From a virus (lineage: Duplodnaviria; Heunggongvirae; Uroviricota; Caudoviricetes): a DNA stretch of 64,000 nt. The DNA lies in IMG/VR virus record IMGVR_UViG_2880412407_000002; one strand, 5' to 3'. The notes below the pieces were generated by a model that saw only the letters and a program-made list of their open reading frames with translations, was not told the origin of the DNA and made no database searches. This document shows, in pieces, positions 1-8,776 of this stretch. Numbering within the stretch: the first letter of the stretch is position 1; every line of letters begins with the position of its first letter. The position numbers and the translations under genes are program-made.

Positions 1-1020
1 CTACTTGCTAACCACGAGCGGCAAATCCAGTGTTGGTGTGATTTTTGTTTTACGATCGTAAATCAACACCTGATTTTCTGTTTTATGCCCGCTGAAAATT
101 TGTTTGTCGCGACTGCTGCCTTCGTAATCTGAGATCCCCTTGGCTTTTATGTCGTGAAAATTGCACCCGAACGGAACGCCAACTTTTTGCTCGGCTGCGC
201 GTTTAGCCTGATTCCACCAGTTATTCAGCGTTTTAGCTATGACTTTCCCGCCTTTGGTTGTATTGATCACATATTCGCATGTACAGGAAGATACATTTCG
301 GGCTAACTGGATCGCTGTACGTAATCGCGGTGACCATTCCTTGATTTGTTTGGTGCCGGTTTTGTTTTGCTCAATGTAGATCCCTTTATCCATAATATCC
401 TGCCATTTCAACTCAAGCACATCACCGAGTCTTGCCGCACAGAGATAGGAAATCTCCATTGCAATGCGTAACTGTGGAATTGCTTCCGCATATATCGCCG
501 CATACTGTTCATCGGTGATGTAAACAGTGCGGGCTTTAAGAGAGAATTTTCTGACTCCTTTGCATGGGTTATTCTTCACATACCCACGCTCATATCCCCA
601 CCCGTATACTCGACTCAGGCTTGCCAGTTCATGATTTGCCTGGGTCTTGCTCTCAAGCCCTCGTTTATCCATGAAAATTCTTACCTGCTCAGTTTTGACA
701 TTATCAGCAAGCACTTTTCCGAATACCATCAGCAACGCCTTCTGATGTTGTCGATAATCTTTTTGGGTTCGGGGGGCCAGTTCTGTAAATGCAGGGGAGT
801 CCATAAACATGTGCCACAATTTAGCTACGGTCATTATGTTGTGGAGTTTTGCTTTTTCCAGTTCATAATTTTGCCAGACTTTATCTACGCTGGTTTTCCG
901 CACTCTTCCTAGCCCTATACTTCTTGTACTTCCTTCGGGTTTCCACACGTAACTGTAACCATTCGATCTAACCCGCGGTGGCAGTACATTATCTTTTTTA
1001 TTTTTTCTTGGTCTTCCCAT
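1..1020 (-). CDS. int: Phage integrase (tyrosine recombinase)
   Basis: 339-aa ORF at the prophage end next to an xis-like ORF; near-identical copy at 45929-46948. Confidence 0.85.
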   Translation of the reverse strand: MGRPRKNKKDNVLPPRVRSNGYSYVWKPEGSTRSIGLGRVRKTSVDKVWQNYELEKAKLHNIMTVAKLWHMFMDSPAFTELAPRTQKDYRQHQKALLMVFGKVLADNVKTEQVRIFMDKRGLESKTQANHELASLSRVYGWGYERGYVKNNPCKGVRKFSLKARTVYITDEQYAAIYAEAIPQLRIAMEISYLCAARLGDVLELKWQDIMDKGIYIEQNKTGTKQIKEWSPRLRTAIQLARNVSSCTCEYVINTTKGGKVIAKTLNNWWNQAKRAAEQKVGVPFGCNFHDIKAKGISDYEGSSRDKQIFSGHKTENQVLIYDRKTKITPTLDLPLVVSK

Positions 1021-1240
1021 TGTTCAGCGCCTCAAAATCGGGTTCAGCAGAAACCAGTTCAGATGTTTTTGGCATCGTTGTCAGACCGTGTGGAATATCC
1101 CTGCGGAGAACTATGGGTTCGTTTTTAGGGCCGATTACAAATGGGATGCCGTGCAGTCTTAACTGGTGTTGCTGTTTTGTGTATCGCTCGTATTTCGTGA
1201 TCTCTTTAATCTCTGCTGGAGATAGAGTTAATTCGTACAT
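998..1240 (-). CDS. xis: Excisionase-like small protein
   Basis: 80-aa ORF (MYELTLSPAEIKEIT...) overlapping the int start by about 20 nt; ATG confirmed at 1240. Confidence 0.5.
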   Translation of the reverse strand: MYELTLSPAEIKEITKYERYTKQQHQLRLHGIPFVIGPKNEPIVLRRDIPHGLTTMPKTSELVSAEPDFEALNNGKTKKK

Positions 1241-1307
1241 GTGGTCACGTGCCTTTACAGCATGACCGCCGCCACTATAGCTGGTGGGCGGCGATATGGG
1301 TTGAACA

Positions 1308-3743
1308 TTAAAAATCAGCCTGACTCGGGAGCAGTTTTTGCCAGATGGCTGAAACGTATTTCGCCTGGTAACGTGCATCGTTCAGAGCGTTATGGCGTTC
1401 ACCTTCGAATGGAATAGTCGTTCTTGCGTCGAAATCCATCACCAGTCCCAGAGCAACCATCGTTCTTACATCGCGATCATTGGTGTAACGACATGGGCAG
1501 GGGATCCCCTGCCGTTCATATGAACGGCGTAAAATCACGTTGTCGAAAGTTGCACCGTTACCCCAGACCTGAACAAAAAATTCACCGGAGTTTTCGTCGA
1601 TAAATTCCCGTAATTGCAGCAGTGCATCATCTAACGGGATTTCATCGGTAAGAATGGCGGATTGCGCTTCGCGTGACTGTTTCAGCCACCACTTAATGGT
1701 GTCCCGATCAATGACTCCGCCAGCAGTTTCCAGATCGATAGTTTTGCTGAATTCTGGCCCCATCTCTCCGGTTTGCGGATCGAAAAATATTGCACCTATT
1801 GAGATAATCGGGGCATCAGGATTTTTTCCCATTGTTTCAAGGTCAATCATCAGATGGTGCCACAACCTGCTGGTGGATGTAATTTCACGATGACCGTTCA
1901 CCTTAATTAAGGGATTTGCTGTCTCGCCACTTTCATTATCTGTGGTGTGGTAGTGATCGCCGCCACTGCCTTCCATTTCCTCCTGAGCTTCAGCCTGATT
2001 TTCTTCATCGAATGTTTCCTGGCAGGTTGCGTCGCCCATCACCGCGCCACAATCAGGGCAGTTGCCGCCACCACTCTGACCGCAGGCGGTACAGACTTTT
2101 TCCTCTTCCTGTTGCGCTACTGGTTCGGATTGTTTCGTTTCTGGCTCGTCTTGTAACGCATTTGGGCTGTTTTGTTCCGCTTTTTGGTCGTTCTGTTCCG
2201 TTTCTGACTGGTTCTGGTTCACAGAATCGCAGGTTTCAATCCCCTTCACCCATTTCGGATCATTCGGGTCGCTAATCCCTTCAACAAATTCACCACGTGA
2301 TGCAGCAAGCAATTTATCGGCGTCAGGCTGGCTGATATTGGCTGCCTGCATAATTTTGTTTACTTCGTCAGCGGTAACTTTTACCGGCTCCGGTTGTACG
2401 GAATCTTCAGCGGTATCCACATTTTGCGGTAAGTCCGTGTATGTTCCGTTTTTGCGGGCAAGATATTCTTCTTTCGTGATTTCAGTAGCCCCGGCAGCCA
2501 GCGCCTTGTCCAGACCAGAAAGTTTGTTTGCGCGACCGTATTTTTCGCCATCCTTGTCGGTGAAGAGGAAGTAGAACGGCCCCTCACGCTCTACAGATGG
2601 TTCGACTTCCACTTTGCATTCGGTTTTTTCGTTGTCCGGAATTGCCGTTTCCACTGCATCAGTTTCTGGTACTGGCGACGAGAGAGTATCAGTTGCGCTC
2701 TGATTTCTTCCTTCATCTTCAAACACGCCCTTTGTAGTCAGGTATTCAGTAATGTATTTGTTCAGTGCCACAGGGTCTTTGTGAATGTCGATCGGACGTT
2801 CACGGACAAGGCCAAAAATAGTCTGGCGGCTGTAGCGAAGCGCATCAGGTTGTTTGCGCATTGATGCGGAGATGCGCTTCCAGTCTTCGCGATCTCTGGC
2901 GATAACTTCATTTTTAGCCCAGCGAAGGATGCTGCCGTCAATGTTTCCGGCATCCACATCACCAGGCCAGAGAGCGTAGGCCAGTTCGTCATCCAGTGTT
3001 TTCCATGTCTGCTTGTATTCGCGATGAGTGGCAGCAATGACCGGGCTGATTTTTCCTGTTGAATTGTCAGTGTACTGTTGATTGGCTCTGGCGCGGGCGA
3101 GATCAACAACAGACGTGTATTTTCCGGTTTCCTTGCGTTCACCTTCGCGACGTTTTTTCCAGATGCGCATCTCTGCCTGAATTTCGGGCCATTTAGCACC
3201 AGGAATACATTTATGCTTAACCCACCCAATGGCGTGCAACTTAAGCTCCGGATACATGGCGTTAACTTCTGGCATTTTCATCAACGCTTCAACGATATGT
3301 CCGTCGAATGTTGCCATGTCTTCCTGCAACAATTCCTGTGCGCTAATAACCATATCAACGGTGATGTTTTCACATGTGTCGAACTTAACCAGGACCGCGT
3401 TCTGTACTTCAGGGGACAGCTTGTCAAAATTGACGTTCATCGGATCGGATTCTGGTTCGACCGGAATAAAGGAAGCGGATTCCTCATCCCAGCAGTTTTC
3501 CTGCATATATTCGGTATCCCAGGAGTCGATGGCAGGGCGGGGCATGCCGGGTTTATCCTCGCAAACAAGAAATTTATAAGCGCAGTCCTGAGCAGCCGGA
3601 TATTGCTCCAGGAATTGCCAGGTAAATTTGGCTCGGGCGCGGCGTTCGTCGCCGGCTTCAATGGCAGTGGCTACAGCGACTGCACCTTCTTCCTTTATTG
3701 CCTGTTCGTCCGGAATGGCGGCGCAAATAAAGACTTTACTCAT
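1308..3743 (-). CDS. Large phage exonuclease-like protein with C-terminal DnaQ-like (DEDDh) 3'-5' exonuclease domain and a CxxC...CxxC zinc ribbon
   Basis: 811 aa; C-terminal motifs DLET, FDN and HNALNDA; occupies the exo position of the early-left operon. Confidence 0.65.
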   Translation of the reverse strand: MSKVFICAAIPDEQAIKEEGAVAVATAIEAGDERRARAKFTWQFLEQYPAAQDCAYKFLVCEDKPGMPRPAIDSWDTEYMQENCWDEESASFIPVEPESDPMNVNFDKLSPEVQNAVLVKFDTCENITVDMVISAQELLQEDMATFDGHIVEALMKMPEVNAMYPELKLHAIGWVKHKCIPGAKWPEIQAEMRIWKKRREGERKETGKYTSVVDLARARANQQYTDNSTGKISPVIAATHREYKQTWKTLDDELAYALWPGDVDAGNIDGSILRWAKNEVIARDREDWKRISASMRKQPDALRYSRQTIFGLVRERPIDIHKDPVALNKYITEYLTTKGVFEDEGRNQSATDTLSSPVPETDAVETAIPDNEKTECKVEVEPSVEREGPFYFLFTDKDGEKYGRANKLSGLDKALAAGATEITKEEYLARKNGTYTDLPQNVDTAEDSVQPEPVKVTADEVNKIMQAANISQPDADKLLAASRGEFVEGISDPNDPKWVKGIETCDSVNQNQSETEQNDQKAEQNSPNALQDEPETKQSEPVAQQEEEKVCTACGQSGGGNCPDCGAVMGDATCQETFDEENQAEAQEEMEGSGGDHYHTTDNESGETANPLIKVNGHREITSTSRLWHHLMIDLETMGKNPDAPIISIGAIFFDPQTGEMGPEFSKTIDLETAGGVIDRDTIKWWLKQSREAQSAILTDEIPLDDALLQLREFIDENSGEFFVQVWGNGATFDNVILRRSYERQGIPCPCRYTNDRDVRTMVALGLVMDFDARTTIPFEGERHNALNDARYQAKYVSAIWQKLLPSQADF

Positions 3744-3823
3744 TTTGTTTTAACCTCATTACAGATTTAAGGGTGAACAAATCCCTGCCATTGCTGGCAT
3801 ATAAAAATGAAACCGGATATTAA

Positions 3824-4033
3824 TTACGGTGCTGTTTTAAGTCCTGCCGGGATTTCGTTATTGTCCATGCGAATAACTTTATCAACCGGATAACAGTTGC
3901 CGGGAATTTTCTGTTCCGCTGCGGCAGCCATGCATTCTTTCATTGAGTCATGTATACCAATAACAAGATCGACTGGCTCGCCTGTATTAAGAAAAACCGT
4001 CAGAACGAGTGCAAATACTGTATTCATTGTCAT
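3824..4033 (-). CDS. Small protein, YdfD-like (Qin family)
   Basis: 69-aa ORF with hydrophobic N-terminus; its ATG overlaps the upstream stop (ATGA), suggesting translational coupling. Confidence 0.45.
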   Translation of the reverse strand: MTMNTVFALVLTVFLNTGEPVDLVIGIHDSMKECMAAAAEQKIPGNCYPVDKVIRMDNNEIPAGLKTAP

Positions 4034-4212
4034 CGTCCTTTTTGCATCAGGCGTAAACGGGCCAGCATTGAAACAATGCATATTTGATTTAATAGCTCCC
4101 GTTCGTGTTTTCTCTTATTAATGGCATCTTCAGTAAATACAGGGTTACTGATTCTGACACCAATTTCAAAACAACCTTCAGACGTATTGACGTTTGGTAA
4201 TAACGTTTCCAT
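4030..4212 (-). CDS. dicB: DicB-like cell-division inhibitor
   Basis: 60-aa ORF METLLPNVNTSEGCFEIGV...SMLARLRLM recalled as matching Qin DicB; lies directly downstream of a DicF-like RNA. Confidence 0.55.
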   Translation of the reverse strand: METLLPNVNTSEGCFEIGVRISNPVFTEDAINKRKHERELLNQICIVSMLARLRLMQKGR

Positions 4213-4395
4213 TATCGCATCCTCAACAATGAATTTTGTGATGCGGTGCCTGGTGCCTCCAGGTGACGTTAACCAGTTAATAATTAACGCCGGATACAGA
4301 GAACCCACCCATAAGAACCAATACGGAAGTCAACTGGCCTTTTTAACTGTTCCGCGTGCGCTGAGCCGCATTCACCGCATCACAAAATTCACTTT

Positions 4396-4455
4396 AAAAA
4401 GGGCGGGTATCACAAGGGAAAACAAAAAACGGATACCCGCCAAAAGGTAATCAAC
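4396..4455 (-). ncRNA. DicF-like sRNA variant (terminator hairpin plus U-tail, divergent 5' region)
   Basis: Minus strand reads ...uuuuGGCGGGUAUC-20 nt loop-GAUACCCGCCCuuuuu; same position and architecture as DicF but different 5' sequence. Confidence 0.35.
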
Positions 4456-4788
4456 ATGGGTTGTTGCAGCGGGGTTGTCACTTAAGCGTATGGTCAACCT
4501 GACAACCCGGTGTCCTCAACGGGGAAGGAATAACCCCGCCATACTTACCGCCGCGCCATTTCGCGGATTGCCACAACCGGAAGCGCACAGACGAAGATGT
4601 CAGTGGTACACAACAAAGGGAGGAATGACTTCGCCGTGCGCTTTCGCGTTATGCCCTGACTTTTCAGGGATATATCCTTTCAGTAAACTGTTTGTGCCGG
4701 ATTCTTATCCGTGTCCGGCGCACGACCATGCGCTGTCACGTGTGGTCTCCATTCTCAACCAGTAACCTCAATGGAGGATAAAATTAAA

Positions 4789-5088
4789 ATGGTCAGCAAA
4801 CTAAATCAGACTCGCTGGAAGATTCATTATGAAACAGCGCGTTTAAATTATATTCTTGAATGTTTTGGGGATAACCTTGCTGCTGAGGAAGGCTATCCAA
4901 ACCATGTCGATGGTTTCGAAGCGATATATCTTTATCTATCCCGTAAACATGGATGGACTATTTCACAGTGTCGTTTAATGCCACTGGATGATATTCGCCT
5001 TGCTCTTTCGTTAGAGCTATCAGGGTGGCGACTCCCTGATGATGCAAAGATTGACGACCATCATTCTCACGATGATATAAGTTGTTAA
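4789..5088 (+). CDS. Hypothetical small protein on the opposite strand
   Basis: GGAGG RBS before the ATG; counterpart with the same start context but different sequence in prophage 2; overlaps the 3' end of a minus-strand ORF. Confidence 0.3.
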   Translation: MVSKLNQTRWKIHYETARLNYILECFGDNLAAEEGYPNHVDGFEAIYLYLSRKHGWTISQCRLMPLDDIRLALSLELSGWRLPDDAKIDDHHSHDDISC

Positions 5089-5347
5089 GTTCCAGTAGTT
5101 TGGCTTTTGCAATGACCTCTACAGATTTCCAGAATTTGTGGGGGTCTGTACTCTCTTCCTGTTCGTCAGGAATGTTATTGTCCTCAACAGAAACAGAATA
5201 CAGTCCGGTAAACGCATCGCGCACATTACGAGCCATATTATCAATGTCTTTTTTCGTTTCAGCTTCTAATGCAACTTCGTTCAGACGTTGACGAAGTGTA
5301 TGTGCTGCAATTTCTTGGATTTCTTTTGGTAACTCTTTAAATTCCAT
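4958..5347 (-). CDS. Hypothetical early-left protein (N-terminus conserved in both prophages)
   Basis: GAGG RBS; N-terminal 65 aa (MEFKELPKEIQEIAAH...) shared with ORF 51123-51512. Confidence 0.4.
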   Translation of the reverse strand: MEFKELPKEIQEIAAHTLRQRLNEVALEAETKKDIDNMARNVRDAFTGLYSVSVEDNNIPDEQEESTDPHKFWKSVEVIAKAKLLELNNLYHRENDGRQSLHHQGVATLIALTKEQGEYHPVALNDTVK

Positions 5348-5358
5348 AGTCAACCTCA

Positions 5359-5511
5359 TCAGTCAGTGTTTCTGGCTAACCAGCGATGCGCGCCAGTTTC
5401 GGTTTTAAACGTTTTGCTTTTGGTATACGTTATCGCGGTGAACGTACCGTCCTGGTTGGGAAACACGCCGCATACCAGAGATTCACTGTTGCCAAGATCG
5501 ATAGTATCCAT
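5359..5511 (-). CDS. YdfA-like small protein
   Basis: 50-aa ORF MDTIDLGNSESLVCGVFPNQDGTFTA...; homolog at 51654-51809. Confidence 0.5.
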   Translation of the reverse strand: MDTIDLGNSESLVCGVFPNQDGTFTAITYTKSKTFKTETGAHRWLARNTD

Positions 5512-5689
5512 GTTGACCTCATTTCCCCTTAACGCCGGGGGAGCGGAACAAAAACCTGCTGCATAGTTAAAGTTGAACCCTGCCGTCATGTTCTTACGCC
5601 TCGGGCTGGCTACTTAACCCCTGACCACTGCCTGGTAACTCGAAGTATTGCCCTGCGTTCTGTGGGGCGGGGTGGGTGGTATGCTGGAA

Positions 5690-5760
5690 CTATAGGTAAT
5701 GCCTAATTGATTGTCAATAGGCTATGCCTAATGTTTTGATCGTAACCTAATAGGTGATGG
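5690..5760. promoter_or_regulatory. Candidate operator cluster for the leftward early promoter (ATTAGGC/GCCTAAT repeats)
   Basis: Three or more GCCTAAT-type motifs between the racR-like gene and ydfA-like gene; same motif as in the divergent region 6304-6426. Confidence 0.35.
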
Positions 5761-5826
5761 CGACAGCAGAAAGTGATGGGGGGTTAAATAACGGAATCCA
5801 GGAGTTTTCCGTCAGACCATATAAGT

Positions 5827-6303
5827 TTAAGTTCCAGTTTTTGTGATGTTCTGGCTTTTCCGTTCAGATTCTAGAGCTTTCAGATACTTACCCACTTTCA
5901 TTTCCATCGCTGCTATGTAGGCGCGAACATCGTGGTCAACCCAATCTGGTTCTGTAGCATTTCCAGATAACAGGAAAGCTACAATCGCTCTTATTTCATC
6001 AGAGGCTGCTTGATAAAGGTTGTTTATATCTAAAAGTTCACTTTTTGTATCTGAATTGGTGGGGGTTGGTATGGGGTATTCGTTAAGCCCCCAATGCTCT
6101 GGACCAACAACATCAGAAAAGAAACGCCATAATTCTGGAAGTTTATCTTTACTTATAGAGCCTTTCTTAATCCAGTCATAAATTGATGGTGGTTGGACTT
6201 TGAAGTGGCGTGCGACCTCCGCCTTTGATTTGACGGATCCCGATGCGATTTTTTTGTTAATGGCCTGCTCTATCGCTCGGCCTAAGTCTTTACCACTAAG
6301 CAT
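5827..6303 (-). CDS. racR: RacR-like prophage repressor (HTH)
   Basis: 158-aa ORF divergent from Cro-like and YdaT-like genes; recalled as matching RacR. Confidence 0.65.
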   Translation of the reverse strand: MLSGKDLGRAIEQAINKKIASGSVKSKAEVARHFKVQPPSIYDWIKKGSISKDKLPELWRFFSDVVGPEHWGLNEYPIPTPTNSDTKSELLDINNLYQAASDEIRAIVAFLLSGNATEPDWVDHDVRAYIAAMEMKVGKYLKALESERKSQNITKTGT

Positions 6304-6426
6304 TGCTTAATATTCTCCTATGCTCATTGCATTAGGCAATCCCTACCTTTATCGCATTAGGCACAGCCTATTGACATCTGTGTTAGGCGTCGCCTAATAT
6401 TTCTGTGTGTTTTTGGAGTTCATTCG
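6304..6426. promoter_or_regulatory. Divergent promoter/operator region of the immunity switch
   Basis: ATTAGGC repeats at 6332 and 6356 plus palindrome TTAGGCGTCGCCTAA at 6383-6397 between divergent genes. Confidence 0.45.
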
Positions 6427-6723
6427 ATGAAAAAAGAGAACTATTCATTCAAGCAAGCTTGTGCTGTTGTCGGTGGGCAATCAGCAATGGCTAGGCTTTT
6501 AGGTGTATCACCTCCAAGCGTAAATCAATGGATCAAAGGGGTACGTCAATTGCCTGCCGAGAGATGTCCAGCAATTGAACGTGCAACAAGAGGTGAGGTT
6601 CTGTGCGAAGAACTTCGTCCTGATATTGACTGGTCATATTTACGACGTTCGGCATGTTGTTCGCAGAATATGTCAGTGAAGCAACTAAATGACAGTAACA
6701 AATCCTCATTTGATCATACCTGA
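6427..6723 (+). CDS. ydaS: YdaS-like Cro/HTH protein
   Basis: 98-aa ORF with HTH-like motif (LLGVSPPSVNQWIKG), divergent from the repressor. Confidence 0.6.
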   Translation: MKKENYSFKQACAVVGGQSAMARLLGVSPPSVNQWIKGVRQLPAERCPAIERATRGEVLCEELRPDIDWSYLRRSACCSQNMSVKQLNDSNKSSFDHT

Positions 6724-6745
6724 AACATCAAGAGGCAAATGATTC

Positions 6746-7171
6746 ATGAAAATCAAGCATGAACACATCCGCATGGCGATGAATGCCTGGGCGCGTCCTG
6801 ATGGCGAAAAAGTTCCAGCAGCTGGAATAACCCAGGCTTATTTTGAGTTGGGTATGACGTTTCCTGAACTGTATGACGATAGCCATCCGGAAGCCTTGGC
6901 TCGCAATACCCAGAAAATTTTCCGCTGGGTAGAGAAAGACACCCCTGATGCAGTTGAAAAAATTCAGACGTTGTTACCAGCGATCGAAAAGGCAATGCCA
7001 CCTTTGCTGGTGGCCAGAATGCGCAGCCACAGTTCAGCTTATTTTCGGGAGCTGGTGGAGACGCGGGAGCGACTGGTGAGAGACGCTGATGATTTTGTCG
7101 CAGTGGCAATCGCCGGTTTCAATCAGATGAACCGTGGTGGCCCGGCAGGAAATGCTGTGGCAGTTCATTGA
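6746..7171 (+). CDS. ydaT: YdaT-like protein
   Basis: 141-aa ORF MKIKHEHIRMAMNAWARPDGEKV...; paralog at 53358-53783. Confidence 0.6.
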   Translation: MKIKHEHIRMAMNAWARPDGEKVPAAGITQAYFELGMTFPELYDDSHPEALARNTQKIFRWVEKDTPDAVEKIQTLLPAIEKAMPPLLVARMRSHSSAYFRELVETRERLVRDADDFVAVAIAGFNQMNRGGPAGNAVAVH

Positions 7172-7242
7172 CTGACAATAGCCATATCGAATCGCTTCCG
7201 GCAACTCGTGAGTAAAAAGATTCGGTATCAGAAGAGGTGAGT

Positions 7243-8313
7243 ATGGCTAACGCCTGGCTCAGATTATGGCATGACATGCCAAATGACCCTAAGTGGCGAA
7301 CAATTGCCAGGGTGTCAGGGCAGCCAATTGCAACAGTGATGGCAGTGTATATCCACCTCCTGGTGAGCGCGTCACGAAATGTCACGCGAGGTCACATTGA
7401 TGTCACGACAGAAGATTTGGCAAGTGCGCTCGACGTGACAGAAGAGGTAATTGATTCAATTTTGCAGACGATGCAGGGGCGGGTACTTGATGGTGATTTA
7501 ATCACTGGATGGGAAAAACGCCAGGTGCTGAAAGAGGACAACGGCAATATTTCGCAAACCGCAAAATCTCCGGCAGAGCGCAAGAGGGCGCAGCGAGAGA
7601 GGGAAAGAAAGCGGGAACAAAATGGCGATTGTCACGGCGAGTCACGAAATGTCACGCACATGTCACGACGAGTCACGACAGATAAAGATACAGATAAAGA
7701 TACAGATCAAGAAGATCAAAACACTATGGACCATGGCGTAAAAAACGCCACGAACCAGGCAGGGGATGTTCAGACCGTCAATCCTGGTCAGCCAGCAGGC
7801 ACGACACCGGAAGCCGATTCAGCGTATGCGCTGAAAGCCGATTCGGGCGCTGTGCAGCAGGTGATGACCGCAAGGCAGGAGCAATCACACCAACTTCAGC
7901 AGCCTGAAGCCGATTCCGCCATTCAGCGGGAAGCCGATCGGGTAGTCCCGGAAAACACCGGTCAGTCTGTGGGACGAGTGGATTATCCGGATGTGTTCGA
8001 ACAGGTCTGGCGGGAGTACCCGTTGCGTGCTGGGGCAAACCCGAAGAAATCCGCTTTCAGTGCCTGGAAGGCCAGATTACGCGAGGGGGTGCCACCAGAG
8101 GCCATGCTGGATGGCGTGAGGCGTTACGCAAGATACTTGGCGGCTACCGGGAAAACGGGAACGGAATTTGTTCAGCGAGCGACGACGTTTTTTGGACCGG
8201 ACCGGAATTTTGAGAACCCCTGGTTGCTCCCGGTAAGCGGCACGAACAACCAGCGTTGTGTGAATCATATTTCTGAACCGGATAACGAAATTCCGCCGGG
8301 CTTCAGGGGGTAA
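7243..8313 (+). CDS. Replication initiation protein (lambda O-like role) with internal iterons
   Basis: Position after the immunity genes; iteron arrays inside the ORF; C-terminal 200 aa shared with 54524-55648. Confidence 0.55.
   Translation: MANAWLRLWHDMPNDPKWRTIARVSGQPIATVMAVYIHLLVSASRNVTRGHIDVTTEDLASALDVTEEVIDSILQTMQGRVLDGDLITGWEKRQVLKEDNGNISQTAKSPAERKRAQRERERKREQNGDCHGESRNVTHMSRRVTTDKDTDKDTDQEDQNTMDHGVKNATNQAGDVQTVNPGQPAGTTPEADSAYALKADSGAVQQVMTARQEQSHQLQQPEADSAIQREADRVVPENTGQSVGRVDYPDVFEQVWREYPLRAGANPKKSAFSAWKARLREGVPPEAMLDGVRRYARYLAATGKTGTEFVQRATTFFGPDRNFENPWLLPVSGTNNQRCVNHISEPDNEIPPGFRG
7371..7677. repeat. Iteron-like repeats GTCAC(G/A), about 9 copies in two clusters, followed by a tandem GATAAAGATACA repeat
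   Basis: Motif seen at 7371, 7381, 7391, 7402, 7631, 7641, 7651, 7662 and 7672 with about 10-bp spacing. Confidence 0.5.
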
Positions 8314-8353
8314 GTGTTAATTTCTGGTCATGAGGTAATTTTCAGGAGGGCTT

Positions 8354-8776
8354 GTGGCAAAAGTTTTTACACAAGAAGAGCGGGAAAAAATTAAAGGGCA
8401 GGTTCTTGAACTCGTACGCCAGAGTGGGCGCGAGACGTTACGACAACTGGAAGCTAAAACTGGGGCAACAAGATATCTGATGAGCGTTCTGGCCAGAGAG
8501 CTGGTTGCCAGTGGCGATGTATACAACTCTGGTTACGGGTTATTCCCGTCTGAACAGGCGCGTAAGGACTGGCAAAATACCCGTAAAAAGCTCTCAAGGG
8601 CAAAGCTGAAGAAACCTGCAGTGGTTGATCCGGACCTTATCTGGTCGTTACCAGACGGCGAAATACGCCGCTACGACAGGCACCAGAACATAATTTGTCG
8701 TGAGAGCAGGAGGAGCGAAGTTATGCAGCGTGTGCTGGCGTTCTATCGGGGAAACTTTCAGGAGGTGATGGAGTGA
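8354..8776 (+). CDS. Hypothetical protein conserved in both prophages
   Basis: GTG start with AGGAGGG RBS; homolog at 57197-57610. Confidence 0.5.
   Translation: MAKVFTQEEREKIKGQVLELVRQSGRETLRQLEAKTGATRYLMSVLARELVASGDVYNSGYGLFPSEQARKDWQNTRKKLSRAKLKKPAVVDPDLIWSLPDGEIRRYDRHQNIICRESRRSEVMQRVLAFYRGNFQEVME

Noticed and set aside
1654-3770. Several ORFs of 70-230 aa on the plus strand inside the exonuclease gene
   Set aside because: They are antisense to a long conserved ORF with no independent signals; typical frame artefacts.
7621-7720. Short regularly spaced repeats that could be mistaken for a CRISPR array
   Set aside because: Repeat units are 6-12 bp inside a replication gene, with no spacer structure; they are iterons and a tandem codon repeat.
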